A program made the position numbers and the translations under genes. This document shows, piece after piece, positions 12,733 through 24,787 of a DNA stretch of 64,000 nucleotides (the stretch's first letter is position 1; every line of letters begins with the position of its first letter). Source of the stretch: Eledone cirrhosa (lineage: Eukaryota); contig OZ024750.1 of assembly GCA_964016885.1 (NCBI GenBank), positions 36,208,001 through 36,272,000 of the forward strand, written 5' to 3'. The notes under the pieces were generated by a model. The model was not told the origin of the DNA. It did no database searches and saw nothing but the letters and a program-made list of their open reading frames with translations.

Positions 12733-13065
12733 TGGAGGCACATGGCTTAGTGGTTAGAGCATTGGTCTTGCAATCGAAAGGTTGTGAGTTCATTTCTCAG
12801 ACCGGGTGATGTGTTGTTTCCTTGAGCAAGACACTTTATTTCACATTGCTCCAGTTTACTCAGCTGTAGAAATGAGATGATAGGGACTGGGGCCCCTATC
12901 ATTCCACTGCAGAGTGGTCGTGGAGGTGCCACGGCAAAAAAGCACCCAGCACTCACTGTAAATGAGGTTGGTGTTAGGAAGGGCATCCAGCTGTAGAAAT
13001 CGAGCCAGAATCAGTTCCCGTCCCACCCTTGCAAGCAGGGAAAAAGCGGACGTAAAATGAAATGA

Positions 13066-13068
<3 letters not shown>
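12733..13068 (+). mobile_element. SINE family B (tRNA head, Meta/CORE-like body, RTE-derived tail, (GAT)n)
   Basis: A box tggcttagtgg; B box-like gagttcatttc; ccttgagcaagacactt...ctcagctgtagaaatgag; tail gttggtgttaggaagggcatccagc shared with the RTE. Confidence 0.85.
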
Positions 13069-13113
<45 letters not shown>

Positions 13114-13293
13114 GTGGAAAAGTAAGAAATCGGAGATAACCGTTAATACATGTTTATTTAAAACATATATATATATATATATATATCTAGAGAAACAGAG
13201 AGAGAGATAAGTATATCCCAGGTTCAATCGGGCATAACCACTGTAAGTAAGGTACTCAATACATACCAGAGTATAAATATTTAATATTAAAAT

Positions 13294-13337
13294 GGCTTCT
13301 ACAGGACTAGAACTGTTTCATTCAGGGGAAATCATCA
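13294..13337 (-). ncRNA. Type I hammerhead ribozyme, family H1, 5'-truncated by (TA)n
   Basis: Reverse complement: (c)TGATGA-t-ttc-ccct-gaa-t-GAAA-cag-ttctagtc-ctg-TA-gaagcc. Confidence 0.65.
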
Positions 13338-13463
13338 TATATATATATATATATATATAATATAATATAATAATAATGATGAAGAAGTCAATATGTTTGA
13401 ATCTTACCTAATTCTATTGATTACCTTGTTACTGTTATATATATTTCAGTGGTATCTGATATG

Positions 13464-13498
<35 letters not shown>

Positions 13499-13502
<4 letters not shown>

Positions 13503-13848
13503 GGTGCATGGCTTAGTAGTTAGAGCATTGGGCTTGCAATCGAAAGATTGTGAGTTAATTCTTGGACCGGGTGATGTGTTGCTTCCTTGAACAAGACACT
13601 TTACTTCACATTGCTCCAGTTTACTCAGCTGCAAAGTGGTCATGGAGGTGCCACAGAAAAAAAAAGCACCCACCACTCACTGTAAATGAGGTTGGTGTTA
13701 GGAAGGGCATCCAGCTGTAGAAATCAAGCCAGAATCAGTTCCTGTATGAGCAAGACAAGGTCAGCTGACCAGACACTGCCCACAACAGGACAACCCGTCT
13801 AACTCATGCTAGCATGGAAGAACGGACATACAACGGTGATTATGATGA
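13499..13848 (+). mobile_element. SINE family B, longer RTE-tail variant
   Basis: Same head and body as 12733; flanked by (TA)n. Confidence 0.85.
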
Positions 13849-13954
13849 TATATATATATGTATATATATTTGTGTATATATACACATGTATATACATATA
13901 TACACGATGGATTTGTAATAGTAATGTACAAGAATGGCAAAGCATAAACGAATT

Positions 13955-14345
13955 GAGAGAGAGAGACTAAGCATAAGAGGTATCAAATGTGTGCAGGAGA
14001 GGAGATTGCATTGGTATGGCCATGTGATGCATACGAAGGACAACAGCTGTATAAAAATGTGCAGAGCAATGAAAATTGATGGAAGCTACAGAGTGGGTAG
14101 ATCGAGAAAAACCTGGGACAAGTTGATAAAAACTGACCTTGCTTGCTTACACCTCTCTAAGACAATGACACTGGATCAAAACATTTGGTGTTATGCAGTT
14201 ATACAGAAGATCCGCCTTGCCTAACAGACAAACTTAAACCAGTAGGCACCTAACAGACAAACTTAAATCAGTAGGCACCTCTTAACCAAATATACACAAA
14301 ATGCAGGTTTAATACATCCATTTTGAATTCTTAGATTGATGCAGA
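13955..14345 (+). mobile_element. RTE LINE 3' fragment
   Basis: ERRLHWYGHVMH...GRSRKTWD, matching the RTE C-terminus, plus partial 3' UTR. Confidence 0.85.
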
Positions 14346-15504
14346 CATGCATATATAAGCCAGCATTTATATGTTCAGTGACACAAACTACTGGGTTTCA
14401 TATTACTTCTATTTCTATTTGAAGTTTCAATCGGGTTTCCAAAAACATTATCTGTTAATTTATTTTTTTAGTTATTGTGAATCATATTTAACAGAATTCC
14501 ATAGCTATTTTGGATACATTCTTTGAAAAGATATATTTGTGTCATTTCAATTTCTCTTTTCTCTGTTTAGTAGTAGATATGTAGACTACTTTATTCTTTT
14601 TCACTTTCTTTCAATATCATTTGAAGCTTTCAATCACTTATATATATATGTATGTGTGTGTGTATGTATATATATATATATATATATAAAATTATTTAAA
14701 AAAAGACTATATATATAAAATAATTTTATATTCTAAGGATTTAATGAACCCTTTAGAATCTTAAAGCTAAGATAAATAAAATAGAATAAAAATATTTTAT
14801 TTCTTATAGTAAATTGAATATGAAAGGATAAAATAAATACATTTTCAACAGAATTTAAGACAATATTTTAAGATTTAAGAAATTTTAACCATAATATTTA
14901 AATCCAAAATTCTGAGATTCCCATAATATTTGTTTCCAAGAAACATAAACATTATTTGAAATGCTTAGTTTTATGAAAAAAAGTTTGTATTTTGTTTTTA
15001 CACTGAAAAATTTCAACCAATATGTGGTGATGTGTTTTTGTTTTTATGTCATGTTTTATGGACCGGTTATTTAGAGCGGCAGTTGCCAACTTTTCAGACT
15101 TCACAGACAACTAAATTAATAATTTTAAATCCCATGGACCACTAATATTAATTTTTTTAAAAAGATAAATACATTTGTAAAACAATGATCAGAGAACTTT
15201 CATTTTATTAAACAATACTGAAGCATACGTCTGTCATATTGTCAATAGATGATACTGATGTGTAAAATTCTTTCATTTGTACATGTGTGAAATTCTTTCT
15301 TTACTGAGGAAGCAACATTTTTTAGACGTGTTATAATATATATTTTTTAACCGAATATTATTTTTGTTTTATTATTAACTAGACGACCCGTGACCTGTTG
15401 GCTCATGTTCACTTAAAAATAATTTTTAAATAATTAAAATATACACAGACATGTATATAATGTTAAATGAAATTGGAAGGCCCATATATATATATACACA
15501 TACA

Positions 15505-15655
15505 CATCATCATCATTTTACGTCCGCTTTTCCCTGCTTGCAAGGGTTGGACGGGTCCTATTCAGCACAGCATCTCTCCACTTGTCACGGTCCTTCATCA
15601 TCTCCTCGGTGAGTTTCAGCGATCTGAGGTCTGCTCTGACCACCTCCGCCCATGT
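15505..15655 (-). mobile_element. RTE (second subfamily) 3' end fragment
   Basis: Matches 17588-17745; (GAT)n tail. Confidence 0.75.
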
Positions 15656-15799
15656 ATATATATACACACACACACACACACACATTTATATATATATATA
15701 CATACATATACATATATATATATGTGTGTGTGTGTGCGCGCATATATACATATATATATATATATGCTGGTGTCTTTGACCAATATACACCAGTTACAG

Positions 15800-15839
<40 letters not shown>

Positions 15840-16272
15840 TCACACACACACACTTAGAAACCCTTTCCATTTGGTAGGATACAGTAATGCTGTATTCGTT
15901 TCTTTGAAGTCAGCGGTTATAATTTCATTTAACAACACCACCAGCTCTCTCTCTCCCCATTTTCCTTCTCTGTCTCCTCTCTCTTTGTCTCTCTTTCAAT
16001 CTACTCTCTCACAATTACTATCTCTTTCTCTCTATCCTTCTCTCTCTTTATTGATGAAGGTACCCAGAAAACCCCATATCTTGGGAACACATGCAACAAT
16101 TTACGTGAAACTTCTTTTATTCCATTTGTATTCACATTTCAGGGGCAACTTCCTTTCAAAGTATTTTCCCATTATGCACCATTTTGGCTGTACTACATTA
16201 CAGACAAGCAAGCAAGCAATCACAGAGTTTTAGTAGTAATTGTCTTCAAAAGAATAAAAATTAAAATGATGT

Positions 16273-16700
16273 CAAGCATGGCTGTGTGGTTAAGAAGTTC
16301 ACTTTGCAATCATGTAGTCTTGCGTTCAATCTCATTTTGTGGCACTTAGAACAAATGTCATCTGCTATAGCCTTGGGTCAATCAATGTCACATGAGTGAA
16401 TTTGGTTGACAGAAACTGTAAAAATAGCTTGTCATATGTCTGTGCATATATATATATGTGTATTGTGTGTCTGCATGTGTGTGTATTGTGTGTTTGTCTT
16501 TCTCTTATGTTCTCTTTACATCCACCATGACAGGCAGGGATAATTGTTAATGTTCTGTGTAAACAAAGATCCTGCTGTTGGGTAATTAGCCATGTGTTCA
16601 TACCTTACATAAAATAAAACTCAGGGTTGACATCAATAAGCGCATCCAACCATGGAATTCTATGTAAAAGCCTTGTCTAATGTACGACAGCATGAGAAAA
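16273..16700 (+). mobile_element. SINE family C (octopus OR-type CORE-like SINE), degenerate
   Basis: catggctgtgtggttaagaag head, gttcaatc B box, tatagccttggg...gaatttggttgacagaaactg, then (TG)n. Confidence 0.6.
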
Positions 16701-16706
16701 CATGCC

Positions 16707-16934
16707 TTAATGCTTTACCATTTACATTACTCTATATTTGCTATTGTATTTTAATGGTAAAGGCTTTACCTCACATAATATCTTACACAATATCGAATCT
16801 ATGAGATTTTGATATAATTTATTTTGAGAACAATACCTTAACATCAGAATGAATAGCTAGTTACAGCCAGTTTGAACAGAAAGAGGTGAGAGAATTCTGG
16901 CCAGATACAGCTGGTTTAAATGCTAAAGGGTTAA
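16707..16934. mobile_element. piggyBac-like MITE (~220 bp)
   Basis: Ends aatgctaaaggg|ttaa; body matches 43941-44167. Confidence 0.7.
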
Positions 16935-16942
16935 ACTGATGG

Positions 16943-16976
<34 letters not shown>

Positions 16977-17587
16977 ACAGATGTTGAAACAAAAGGAGAA
17001 TGGGAAGTTATATATTTCATGATGCTTCAAATAGGAAACAATGAACTGATATATATATAATAAATTCACAGCAGGAGAAAATGTAGATTGAAAAAGGAGA
17101 TAAGGTTAAACTATGGGAAACATCTGAGTGATAGATAGCTGATAAATGTATGTCTGGCTGTATGAATGGATGTGTGTGTGTATATATGGATGTATATGTG
17201 TGTGTGTGTGTATATGGATGTATGTATGTATGTGTGTGTGTGTGTGTGTGTGTGTTTATATGTATGGATATATGGATGGATGGATATGATCTGCAGCTGG
17301 TCTAAAAAGTCATCTAAAAAAAAAGTCATGGATGGCTTGACAATGAAGAAACAATAAAGGATGGTAATCATCTGTAAAGATGTTGTAATCCTCATGTATG
17401 TATGAATGGATGGATATATGGTCCTGTAACTCTTGGGGGAGTTGTACGGGTGCTGCATTGAAATACAGTATTCTAGGATATTTTTTAACCTGGCAGCACC
17501 CATCTCTATCTCTAGGTGCTGATACATGTGAACTCATTTTGGTCTGAGTTCAAATCCCGCCGAGGTTAACTTTGCCTTTCATCCTTA

Positions 17588-18027
17588 ATCATCATCATCA
17601 TCATCATCATACGTCCGCTTTTCCATGCTTGCAACGGTTGGACGGGTCCTATTCAGCACAGCATCTCTCCACTTGTCACGGTCCTTTGCCATCTCCTCCG
17701 TGAGTTTCAGCGATCTGAGGTCTGCTCTCACCACCTCTGCCCATGTTTTTTGTGGTCTTCCTCTACTGTGTCTTCCTTTCTTCCTTCTACTGGCATTTCT
17801 TGGCATTTCTTTACCAAGCGGTCATCCTCCATGTGCATCACATGTCCATACCATCTTAGTCTTCTCTCCTGCACACCACAACTTATCCTTCTTATACCCA
17901 GTTTCTCTCTCAACACATCTATGCTTTGTCGTTCATGCACATTGACATTGCACATCCAACGGGGCATGCTTGCTTCATTTCTCTCCAGCCATCGCATATC
18001 CTCTGCAGTTGCTGCCCATATCTCACT
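17588..18027 (-). mobile_element. RTE (second subfamily) 5'-truncated copy
   Basis: LERNEASM.RWMC...ERRLRWYGHVM...RGRPQKTW with a frameshift; (GAT)n tail. Confidence 0.85.
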
Positions 18028-18031
18028 ATAT

Positions 18032-18189
18032 AAATACACACATACACAAACATATGGATAAGGTGTATCTACATATACAAATAAATAATGGTATACGAAT
18101 AAAATGTACTTAGCTACTTTATTTTTATACCATTATTTGTTTGTATATGTAGGTACACCTTATCCATATGTTTGTGTATGTGTGTATTT
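18032..18189. repeat. Near-perfect hairpin (~64-bp arms)
   Basis: aaatacacacatacacaaacatatggataaggtgta... / ...tacaccttatccatatgtttgtgtatgtgtgtattt. Confidence 0.9.
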
Positions 18190-18531
18190 CATCATTTCAT
18201 CATCATTTCATTTTACGTCCGTTTTCTCTCTGCTTGCAAGGGTGGGACGGGAACTGATTCTGGCTTGATTTCTACAGCTGGATGCCCTTCCTAACACCAA
18301 CCTCATTTACAGTGAGTGCTGGGTGCTTTTTTGCCGTGGCACCTCCACGACCACTTTGCAGTGGAATGATAGGGACCCCAGTCCCTATCATCTCATTTCT
18401 ACAGCTGAGTAAACTGGAGCAATGTGAAATAAAGTGTCTTGCTCAAGGAAACAACACATCACCTGGTCTGAGAATTGAACTCACAACCTTTCGATTGTAA
18501 GGCCAGTGCTCTAACCACTAAGCCATGTGCC

Positions 18532-18536
<5 letters not shown>
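18190..18536 (-). mobile_element. SINE family B, full length
   Basis: Reverse complement of 12733-13068; (TA)n at its 5' side. Confidence 0.85.
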
Positions 18537-18593
<57 letters not shown>

Positions 18594-19593
18594 TATATAT
18601 ATATAAACAAATTAACTCAAAAATAGAGTTTTGAGACGCGAGTGTATTAGGATACTCAGGAGAATTGGAGAACTTGGCGTATGGAAGCTGTTAGAACAGC
18701 AAAATACCGTCAAAGTGGCATTGGGTAAAATGTGACCTCGAAGGACCGGGATCAGTGGCTAGATGTGAGTTGACTTGAAGGAAGGAAGAGAAGATAGGAA
18801 GGAGGAAAAAGAATGGATAAAAGCGAACAAGTCACAAACATTAAAATATTCTCTTCAGATCTCAAGCTTCTGCAGTTTTGACAAAGTAATGAGATTACTG
18901 CGGGGATTAGGAGGCTCGTAAAGGAGAAACAAATATCTTCTTTCATATATTGTTTGTCTTGGGACAGGTTAAAGAGTGAGAGAGAGATGGAGAGAGAGAG
19001 AAAGATGAAGAGTGTTTGATCGATCCCAAGTCATCACAAGACAGGAAGAATGTTGGCATCAGTAGAGCTGGGAGAAGATCAATAGAAGGGAGATAAGAAT
19101 AAAGGAACAAAGAATCAGTAGTGTATCATAACATATTTCATAGCCTATTACATATGTTTCACTGTTGATCAGCTTGAGGAACCATCTATTATTGATCGAA
19201 CCTGATTCTTGAATTGAAAGATCCTCAGATATGCTTCAATATGTAAGCTCATCTTTTATGGTGTATGAATATCTCCCAATTCCTTCTTATATTTACCACA
19301 TTCCATTGACGTGGTATTCTGCGGTCTACGCTCATTGGTTCGTTATCTATATATCTAAAACAGAGAATGTCTGAGAACCACCCAACTTTACACATGTAAT
19401 ACTTATGGTCTTGTGAGTGTTTTGAGCAAAAAAATTTCAAATTTTCAATCTCTAGGGACCGCATTAGGCGATTTAGCGATCTCTCTCTATAATTCTTAGT
19501 CTTTTTTTTTAGATAGATATATAGATATAACGTTGCACCCTTATAATATCTCTCTGTATGTCTCTGGCTGTCTGCATTACGACATTATGACGC

Positions 19594-19638
<45 letters not shown>

Positions 19639-19707
19639 ATATATAGTGTGTGTATATATATATGTATATAGTGTGTACGTTTTTCGAAATATTTACTTCT
19701 GCGTTCA

Positions 19708-19781
19708 CAGATTGATTTTTTTTAGTTTCAGAAGATCCTGTTAAGGGTGAAAGCAGCGATTCTTGCTTAAACTTTAATCTG
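19708..19781 (+). ncRNA. Hammerhead-like motif, family H2 (atypical CAGAAGA core)
   Basis: cagattga..agttt-CAGAAGA-t-cct-gttaa-ggg-t-GAAA-gca-gcgattct-tgc-TT-aaact-ttaatctg. Confidence 0.55.
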
Positions 19782-19957
19782 TTATTTTAATATATATATA
19801 TATATATTGTTATACTTTGGGAGGGTCATGTTGCCAATAAGAAACACACGCACCAGTTGCTTTCACTTCAATTTATTATAATAAATTTATAAATTTAGGA
19901 GTTTATAAATTCCCAGTTGGTTGGTTGGTTCGACAACCAGACGATTGTTCATATATT

Positions 19958-20000
19958 GTCAAAGTTCTTTTGTCACAGATTCTGTAACCTCTTCAGTGAC
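19958..20000 (-). ncRNA. Hammerhead motif, family H3 (GAAA mutated to AAAA)
   Basis: Reverse complement: gtca-CTGAAGA-g-gttacag-aat-ctgtgac-aAAA-gaac-TT-tgac. Confidence 0.55.
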
Positions 20001-20096
20001 TGGGGATTCTTTTCTTTGTTTTTTGTGCCTCTTCTTTGTTCTGTCCTACGCCATTTTGTTTTTGTGTGTGTGTTGTGTGCTTAGTTTGCGCATGTG

Positions 20097-20143
<47 letters not shown>

Positions 20144-20262
20144 TATATTCGTGTACAGATATTTTTTGCATACACAATAACAAAATATAAACAAACGTAT
20201 TTATTTTACGAGGCTCGATAAGGATAAATATATATCAAATATATAAGAAACCTACAGCAAAT

Positions 20263-20290
20263 CCCGAGCAACGCCGGGCCTTTCTGCTAG
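20263..20290 (+). mobile_element. Helitron 3' terminus remnant
   Basis: cccgagcaacgccggg hairpin followed by CTAG|T. Confidence 0.55.
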
Positions 20291-20485
20291 TCAATCCTAT
20301 AATCGGATAGTCGCCGCGTGCATTCATGCATGAACAACTGTCAACCTGCCTTCCACAGCCACACTTATTTGAAGTGCTCGTTAGGCTATAAGTCATACTT
20401 AGGATACATTGGTGTTGACAGGTAGGGGAAAAAGGGACATTATACCATGAACAAGATAATAGACGAGACAAATACAAACATACCC

Positions 20486-20717
20486 TCACATATCTGACAC
20501 ACACACGTACTCATACGTACTCACATACGTACTCACACACGTACTCACACACATACTCACACACGTACTCACACACGTACTCACACATGTATAAGCATGT
20601 TTACACACATGCACGCATGCATACCCACAGACATACTCATGCATATATATATATATACACACACATACACACATATATAAATAAATAAATACACACACAC
20701 ACATATATATATATATA

Positions 20718-20759
<42 letters not shown>

Positions 20760-20854
20760 TATATATATATATATACACATATATATACATATATATACAC
20801 ATATATATATATACATATATATACACATATATATATATATATATACATATATAT

Positions 20855-20897
<43 letters not shown>

Positions 20898-20910
20898 TAT
20901 ACATATATAT

Positions 20911-20945
<35 letters not shown>

Positions 20946-20980
20946 CTCACACATGCATATATAGTCATATCTACATACAT
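20486..20980. repeat. Compound (AC)n/(AT)n microsatellite
   Basis: Direct observation. Confidence 0.95.
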
Positions 20981-21026
20981 AGACTCGTTTGGTTTATATA
21001 AAAAGAGTAATATATATTATTATTAG

Positions 21027-21200
21027 GGCAGTAGAAGGTCGGACGCCATGCTTTCCAGCATAGTTACGTCCCTTTACGGTCTGAGTTCAAATCCCGATGA
21101 GGTTAACTTTGCCTTTTATCCTTACGGGGTAGATAAAATAAAGTACCAGTAATGCACTGGGTAATTGCTGGCCTTGTGCCAAAAGTAGCAACAATTATTA
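21027..21200 (+). mobile_element. SINE family A
   Basis: Head gtcggacgccatgct, B box gagttcaaatcc, Nin-like domain. Confidence 0.8.
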
Positions 21201-21340
21201 GTGCACACGTGTATATCACTGCACACATACATATATACCCATACAGACATGCACCCCATACATATATAAACACATCCAATATACACACACACATACATAC
21301 ATGCATATGCAAATACCCACACACACACACATGCATGTAG

Positions 21341-21375
<35 letters not shown>

Positions 21376-21433
21376 TACATGCATACACATACAGGTGATA
21401 GACTGATTCTCACTATTAGGTAGCAAACAGGAA

Positions 21434-21695
21434 GTGAAATTCATACAGCTGGACTTAGCGTGTTTCTACGCGGCGATATCCCCAGTAATTGTTAATAGAG
21501 CCCTCATAAATGCTATGAATAAATCTAGTCTCACGAGAAGGGCGGTTGACATAATTATAGCTGTGAGAAAAACACTCACACAGTACGACGATAGGCTCTG
21601 GAAGCAGAGGGCTAGACGCAACAGTTTTGACATAACTATGTTTCTAGTGACAGACTTAGTGGGAATATTCCTCCTGCAACAGTTGGAAATGAAAA
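21434..21695 (+). pseudogene. Penelope-like element reverse transcriptase fragment
   Basis: FIQLDLACFYAAIS...IIIAVRKTL...W...FDITM..DLVGIFLL resembles the PLE RT pattern F.QFDI..FYPSI...FDVTMG...ELVG.YLL. Confidence 0.75.
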
Positions 21696-21699
21696 GTGG

Positions 21700-22055
21700 T
21701 ATGGACGCTGAGCCGTCAGGGATAGTTGCTGAAGGCATCGGGAGAAGTAGGAACTAAACTGGTTGCTTGCATCGTCAATCAAGCTATATATGGCGGAGTC
21801 GTACCCAAAGACTGGTGCAGCAGTATTCTTATAAATTACTACAAAGGTAAAGGGGATGCTCTGGAGAGGACCAATTATAGGGGTATAAAACTGATGGATC
21901 AGGTTATGAAAGTGACAGAATATTAGAGCAACTAATTAGAGAAAGGATCAAATTAGATGAGATGCTGTTTGGTTTTGTACCTGGGAAAAGTACAACAGAT
22001 GGCCTCTTCTTAGTGAGAAATCTACAAGAAGGGTTCTTAGAAAAGAATAAACCAC
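21700..22055 (+). pseudogene. RTE RT internal fragment
   Basis: LKASGEVG...VPKDWCSS...YKGKGDALERTNYRGIKLMDQVMKV...FGFVPGKSTTD, similar to the 8930-9300 translation. Confidence 0.9.
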
Positions 22056-22815
22056 TTACCGATGAAAGAAACGCCGGCAAATCCAGCAAGATCGGGGACC
22101 GGAGGCCAAGGCCGCCATATCTGACAGGTAAAGTGGCCTGTTGCCATCCAATGTCATCAAACATGATGTTGCATATCTTCTCAGCTGCCACTCCGAAACA
22201 AGTATCGAGGTCAGCGAGGAGAGCACTGCGAAGGGTGTAGAGGAGCTTCAGCATGGCGAAGCAATTCCTCAACAGGAAGAGAGCTGGGTGGCTGTCGATC
22301 AAGCCCAGTCAGCTTATGAGGGTCTGAGTTGCTGGAGCCTAGACCTGATAGTGGCACGGATGGCCGGCGGGTGGATTGGTGACCCGAGGATGAGGACATC
22401 TTCTTTGGGGGTCACCTGTACCTGGTGGAGAATGGACCGCACATCCGAGATGGAGGCTGCAAAGCTCTCAGCATCATGGCTGACATTCACCACCTCCGAC
22501 TTGGACGAGTTGACCTGGAAGCCGATTCCCGCCAGTGCAGGAACCACCGATTGAAGGTGATGGCAGACAGTCTCCACGGGCCCGCCCAGTGTAGCATCAT
22601 CCAGGTACCAAACGTTGAGGGAGGCCGGGATACTGCAGGCAATGTGGTCTATACCAAGGGCAAACAGGAGGGGTCGCCCTGTTGGAGCCCTGTGGCCGAA
22701 GGTATGACCGTATCGGCAGCAAGGAGCATGCTCTGGGTTCCATATGACAAGTAGGCCAGCGGGTAGATGGAGGGGTCTCAAGTGAGGCAGGGATCGAGCA
22801 GATGGTCCCGGCGTA
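22056..22815 (-). pseudogene. CRE-like non-LTR RT fragment
   Basis: PLLFALGI...NVWYLDDATLGG...IGFQVNSSKSE...ILGSPI and QATLPVRYGGLGLRS...PAFLSS; GC-rich. Confidence 0.7.
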
Positions 22816-23055
22816 TTTCAAACTCCAGAGTTGGAAATTTTCGGTTATTCTAAATAGAATATTAGTCAACGATTTATTTTATACCATAAATGTGGTTTTG
22901 TCTTTGCAAGAAATTGTTCTTCTTGCTCCACATAACAAAGTAATTATACTCACATTTTTTTGTCCATCGCCAAAGAACGTCTTCATCAACCAAAGTATCA
23001 TCTTCCTGTTTTCCTTCACTTGTAATGTTCTTTGAAATATCCACTTCTGTGTCTA

Positions 23056-23130
23056 CAGATTGATTTTTTTCAGTTTCAGAAGATCCTGTTAAGGGTGAAA
23101 GCAGCGATTCTTTGCTTAAACTTTAATCTG
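23056..23130 (+). ncRNA. Hammerhead-like motif, family H2 (second copy)
   Basis: Same architecture and CAGAAGA core as 19708. Confidence 0.55.
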
Positions 23131-23251
23131 TTCTTATAATAAATATTTGCTCTACGGGTTTTTATATTTATATATATATGTATAATCTTTATCAAGCCCG
23201 CTTTGAATTTTAGTCTTCACATTTATTATTACTATATATATATATATATAT

Positions 23252-23252
<1 letters not shown>

Positions 23253-23287
<35 letters not shown>

Positions 23288-23471
23288 TTTGTTTAACGTC
23301 CATCTTCCACGCTAGCATGGGTTAGACGGGAGTTGTCCCACTTGAGGCAAGGTTGGTCGGGTGTCCGTGTCCCGCTCATATAGGACTATCTGGCAGGTTT
23401 TCTACGACTGGATGCCCTTCCTAACACCAACCACATTTACAGTGTGGAACTGGGAACTTTTTACCGTCTTA

Positions 23472-23472
<1 letters not shown>
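23253..23472 (-). mobile_element. RTE 3' tail fragment inserted in (TA)n
   Basis: (tca)n plus RTE 3' UTR; (TA)n on both sides. Confidence 0.8.
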
Positions 23473-23510
<38 letters not shown>

Positions 23511-23942
23511 GCACATATTCATACACATATAGATACATACATGTATATATATATATACCAAGTATGTAGTGAAGATTTTGACTAGAGAGGTTCTAAATTA
23601 TTAACATGTATCTAACTTTAGCTGCCTAAGTTGCAAAAATCACAAAATTAATATAAAATATTTAATAGTATCTTTATTTACATGCATAATTGATAAATGA
23701 ATACATCGTTCTTACATGGCTTATTATTTATCTAATTTTACAAGAGTCATTCTGGTATGCTGCAGAGCAAATGTGTTGATATGTTTGTTTAAATCGATAT
23801 TTCTGTTCTGCTGAATGTGAATTAATGTAAGGGAAGAGAAACTTTCATGAACCATGAATGCTTTTAAATATGTATGAAATCATCTCAATGAGCTGAAAAG
23901 GGTATTCACATATTCACATTCACATGATGTGATTGAAATGAT

Positions 23943-24597
23943 ATGTGTGTGTGTGAGAGATATCTGAAAATGAGATATCATATTCATGCATAAATACACA
24001 GTATGTAACTGAGACTGTACCTCTTTATATATATATTGAGAAAAGGTGAAGTTGGGAATAGCACGGAAAATATATTTTAGGGTCTGATTTTCTTTTTTTT
24101 TCCTTTCTTTGATTCATCCTTGCTCAGAAGGGGAATAGAGAATCTCCAGTCCCCTTTTCAACAAGGAAGATGGAAAAAACTTACCCCAACACTTAATTTT
24201 AAATCTTTCATTTTTAGTTTTTAATTCTTATTCTTTTTAATTGTAATACTCAACATTTGATAAGATGAATTTTACTAATACATCGAAACCAATAATACTT
24301 TATATACATTATAAAACTATTTTTTAAAAGTCCCTCTCATCTTTTTCAATAATGTCACTCTGACAAATCAAAAAAAGGAAAAAAAAGAAAAACAGACCCT
24401 AAAATATATTTTCTGTGCTATTTTCAACTTCACCATTTCTCTATATCCACTGTTTTGTATAGAACCATACTTCCCTTTTCTAATATATATATATATATAT
24501 ATATAAAGAGGTACAGTCTCAATTATACACTGTATTTATGCAGGTATAACTTTATCATGAATATGATATCTCGTTTGGAGATATCACACACACACAC
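23943..24597. repeat. Long imperfect inverted repeat (arms ~160-220 bp)
   Basis: gagatatcatattcatg...gagactgtacctcttt...aaaatatattttagggtctg / cagaccctaaaatatatttt...aaagaggtacagtctc...catgaatatgatatctc. Confidence 0.8.
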
Positions 24598-24599
24598 TT

Positions 24600-24787
24600 C
24601 ACCCTGGACATGATGTCAGTGTATCGCAGGGTTAACCCCCACCCCCAGCTATACCTGGTATTCATTTTCAGCTGAATATACTGGGGAAATGTGAAATGAA
24701 GTGTTTTGCTCAAGAACACAACACACAACCCAGTCCAGGAATCAAATCTATGACATTGTAAGTCCAACACCTTTACCACTAGGCCAC
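24600..24787 (-). mobile_element. SINE related to family B with a different (Meta/V-like) 3' part
   Basis: Reverse complement: tggcctagtggtaaag...ttcgattcc-like B box...ttgagcaaaacactt...ggggttaaccctgcgat. Confidence 0.6.

Noticed and set aside
12733-12805. tRNA gene
   Set aside because: A and B boxes are present but there is no acceptor stem, and the sequence continues into a multi-copy SINE body.
18620-19100. Possible APE endonuclease relic (LCQNCRSLRS)
   Set aside because: Only one short motif; downstream motifs are not recoverable.
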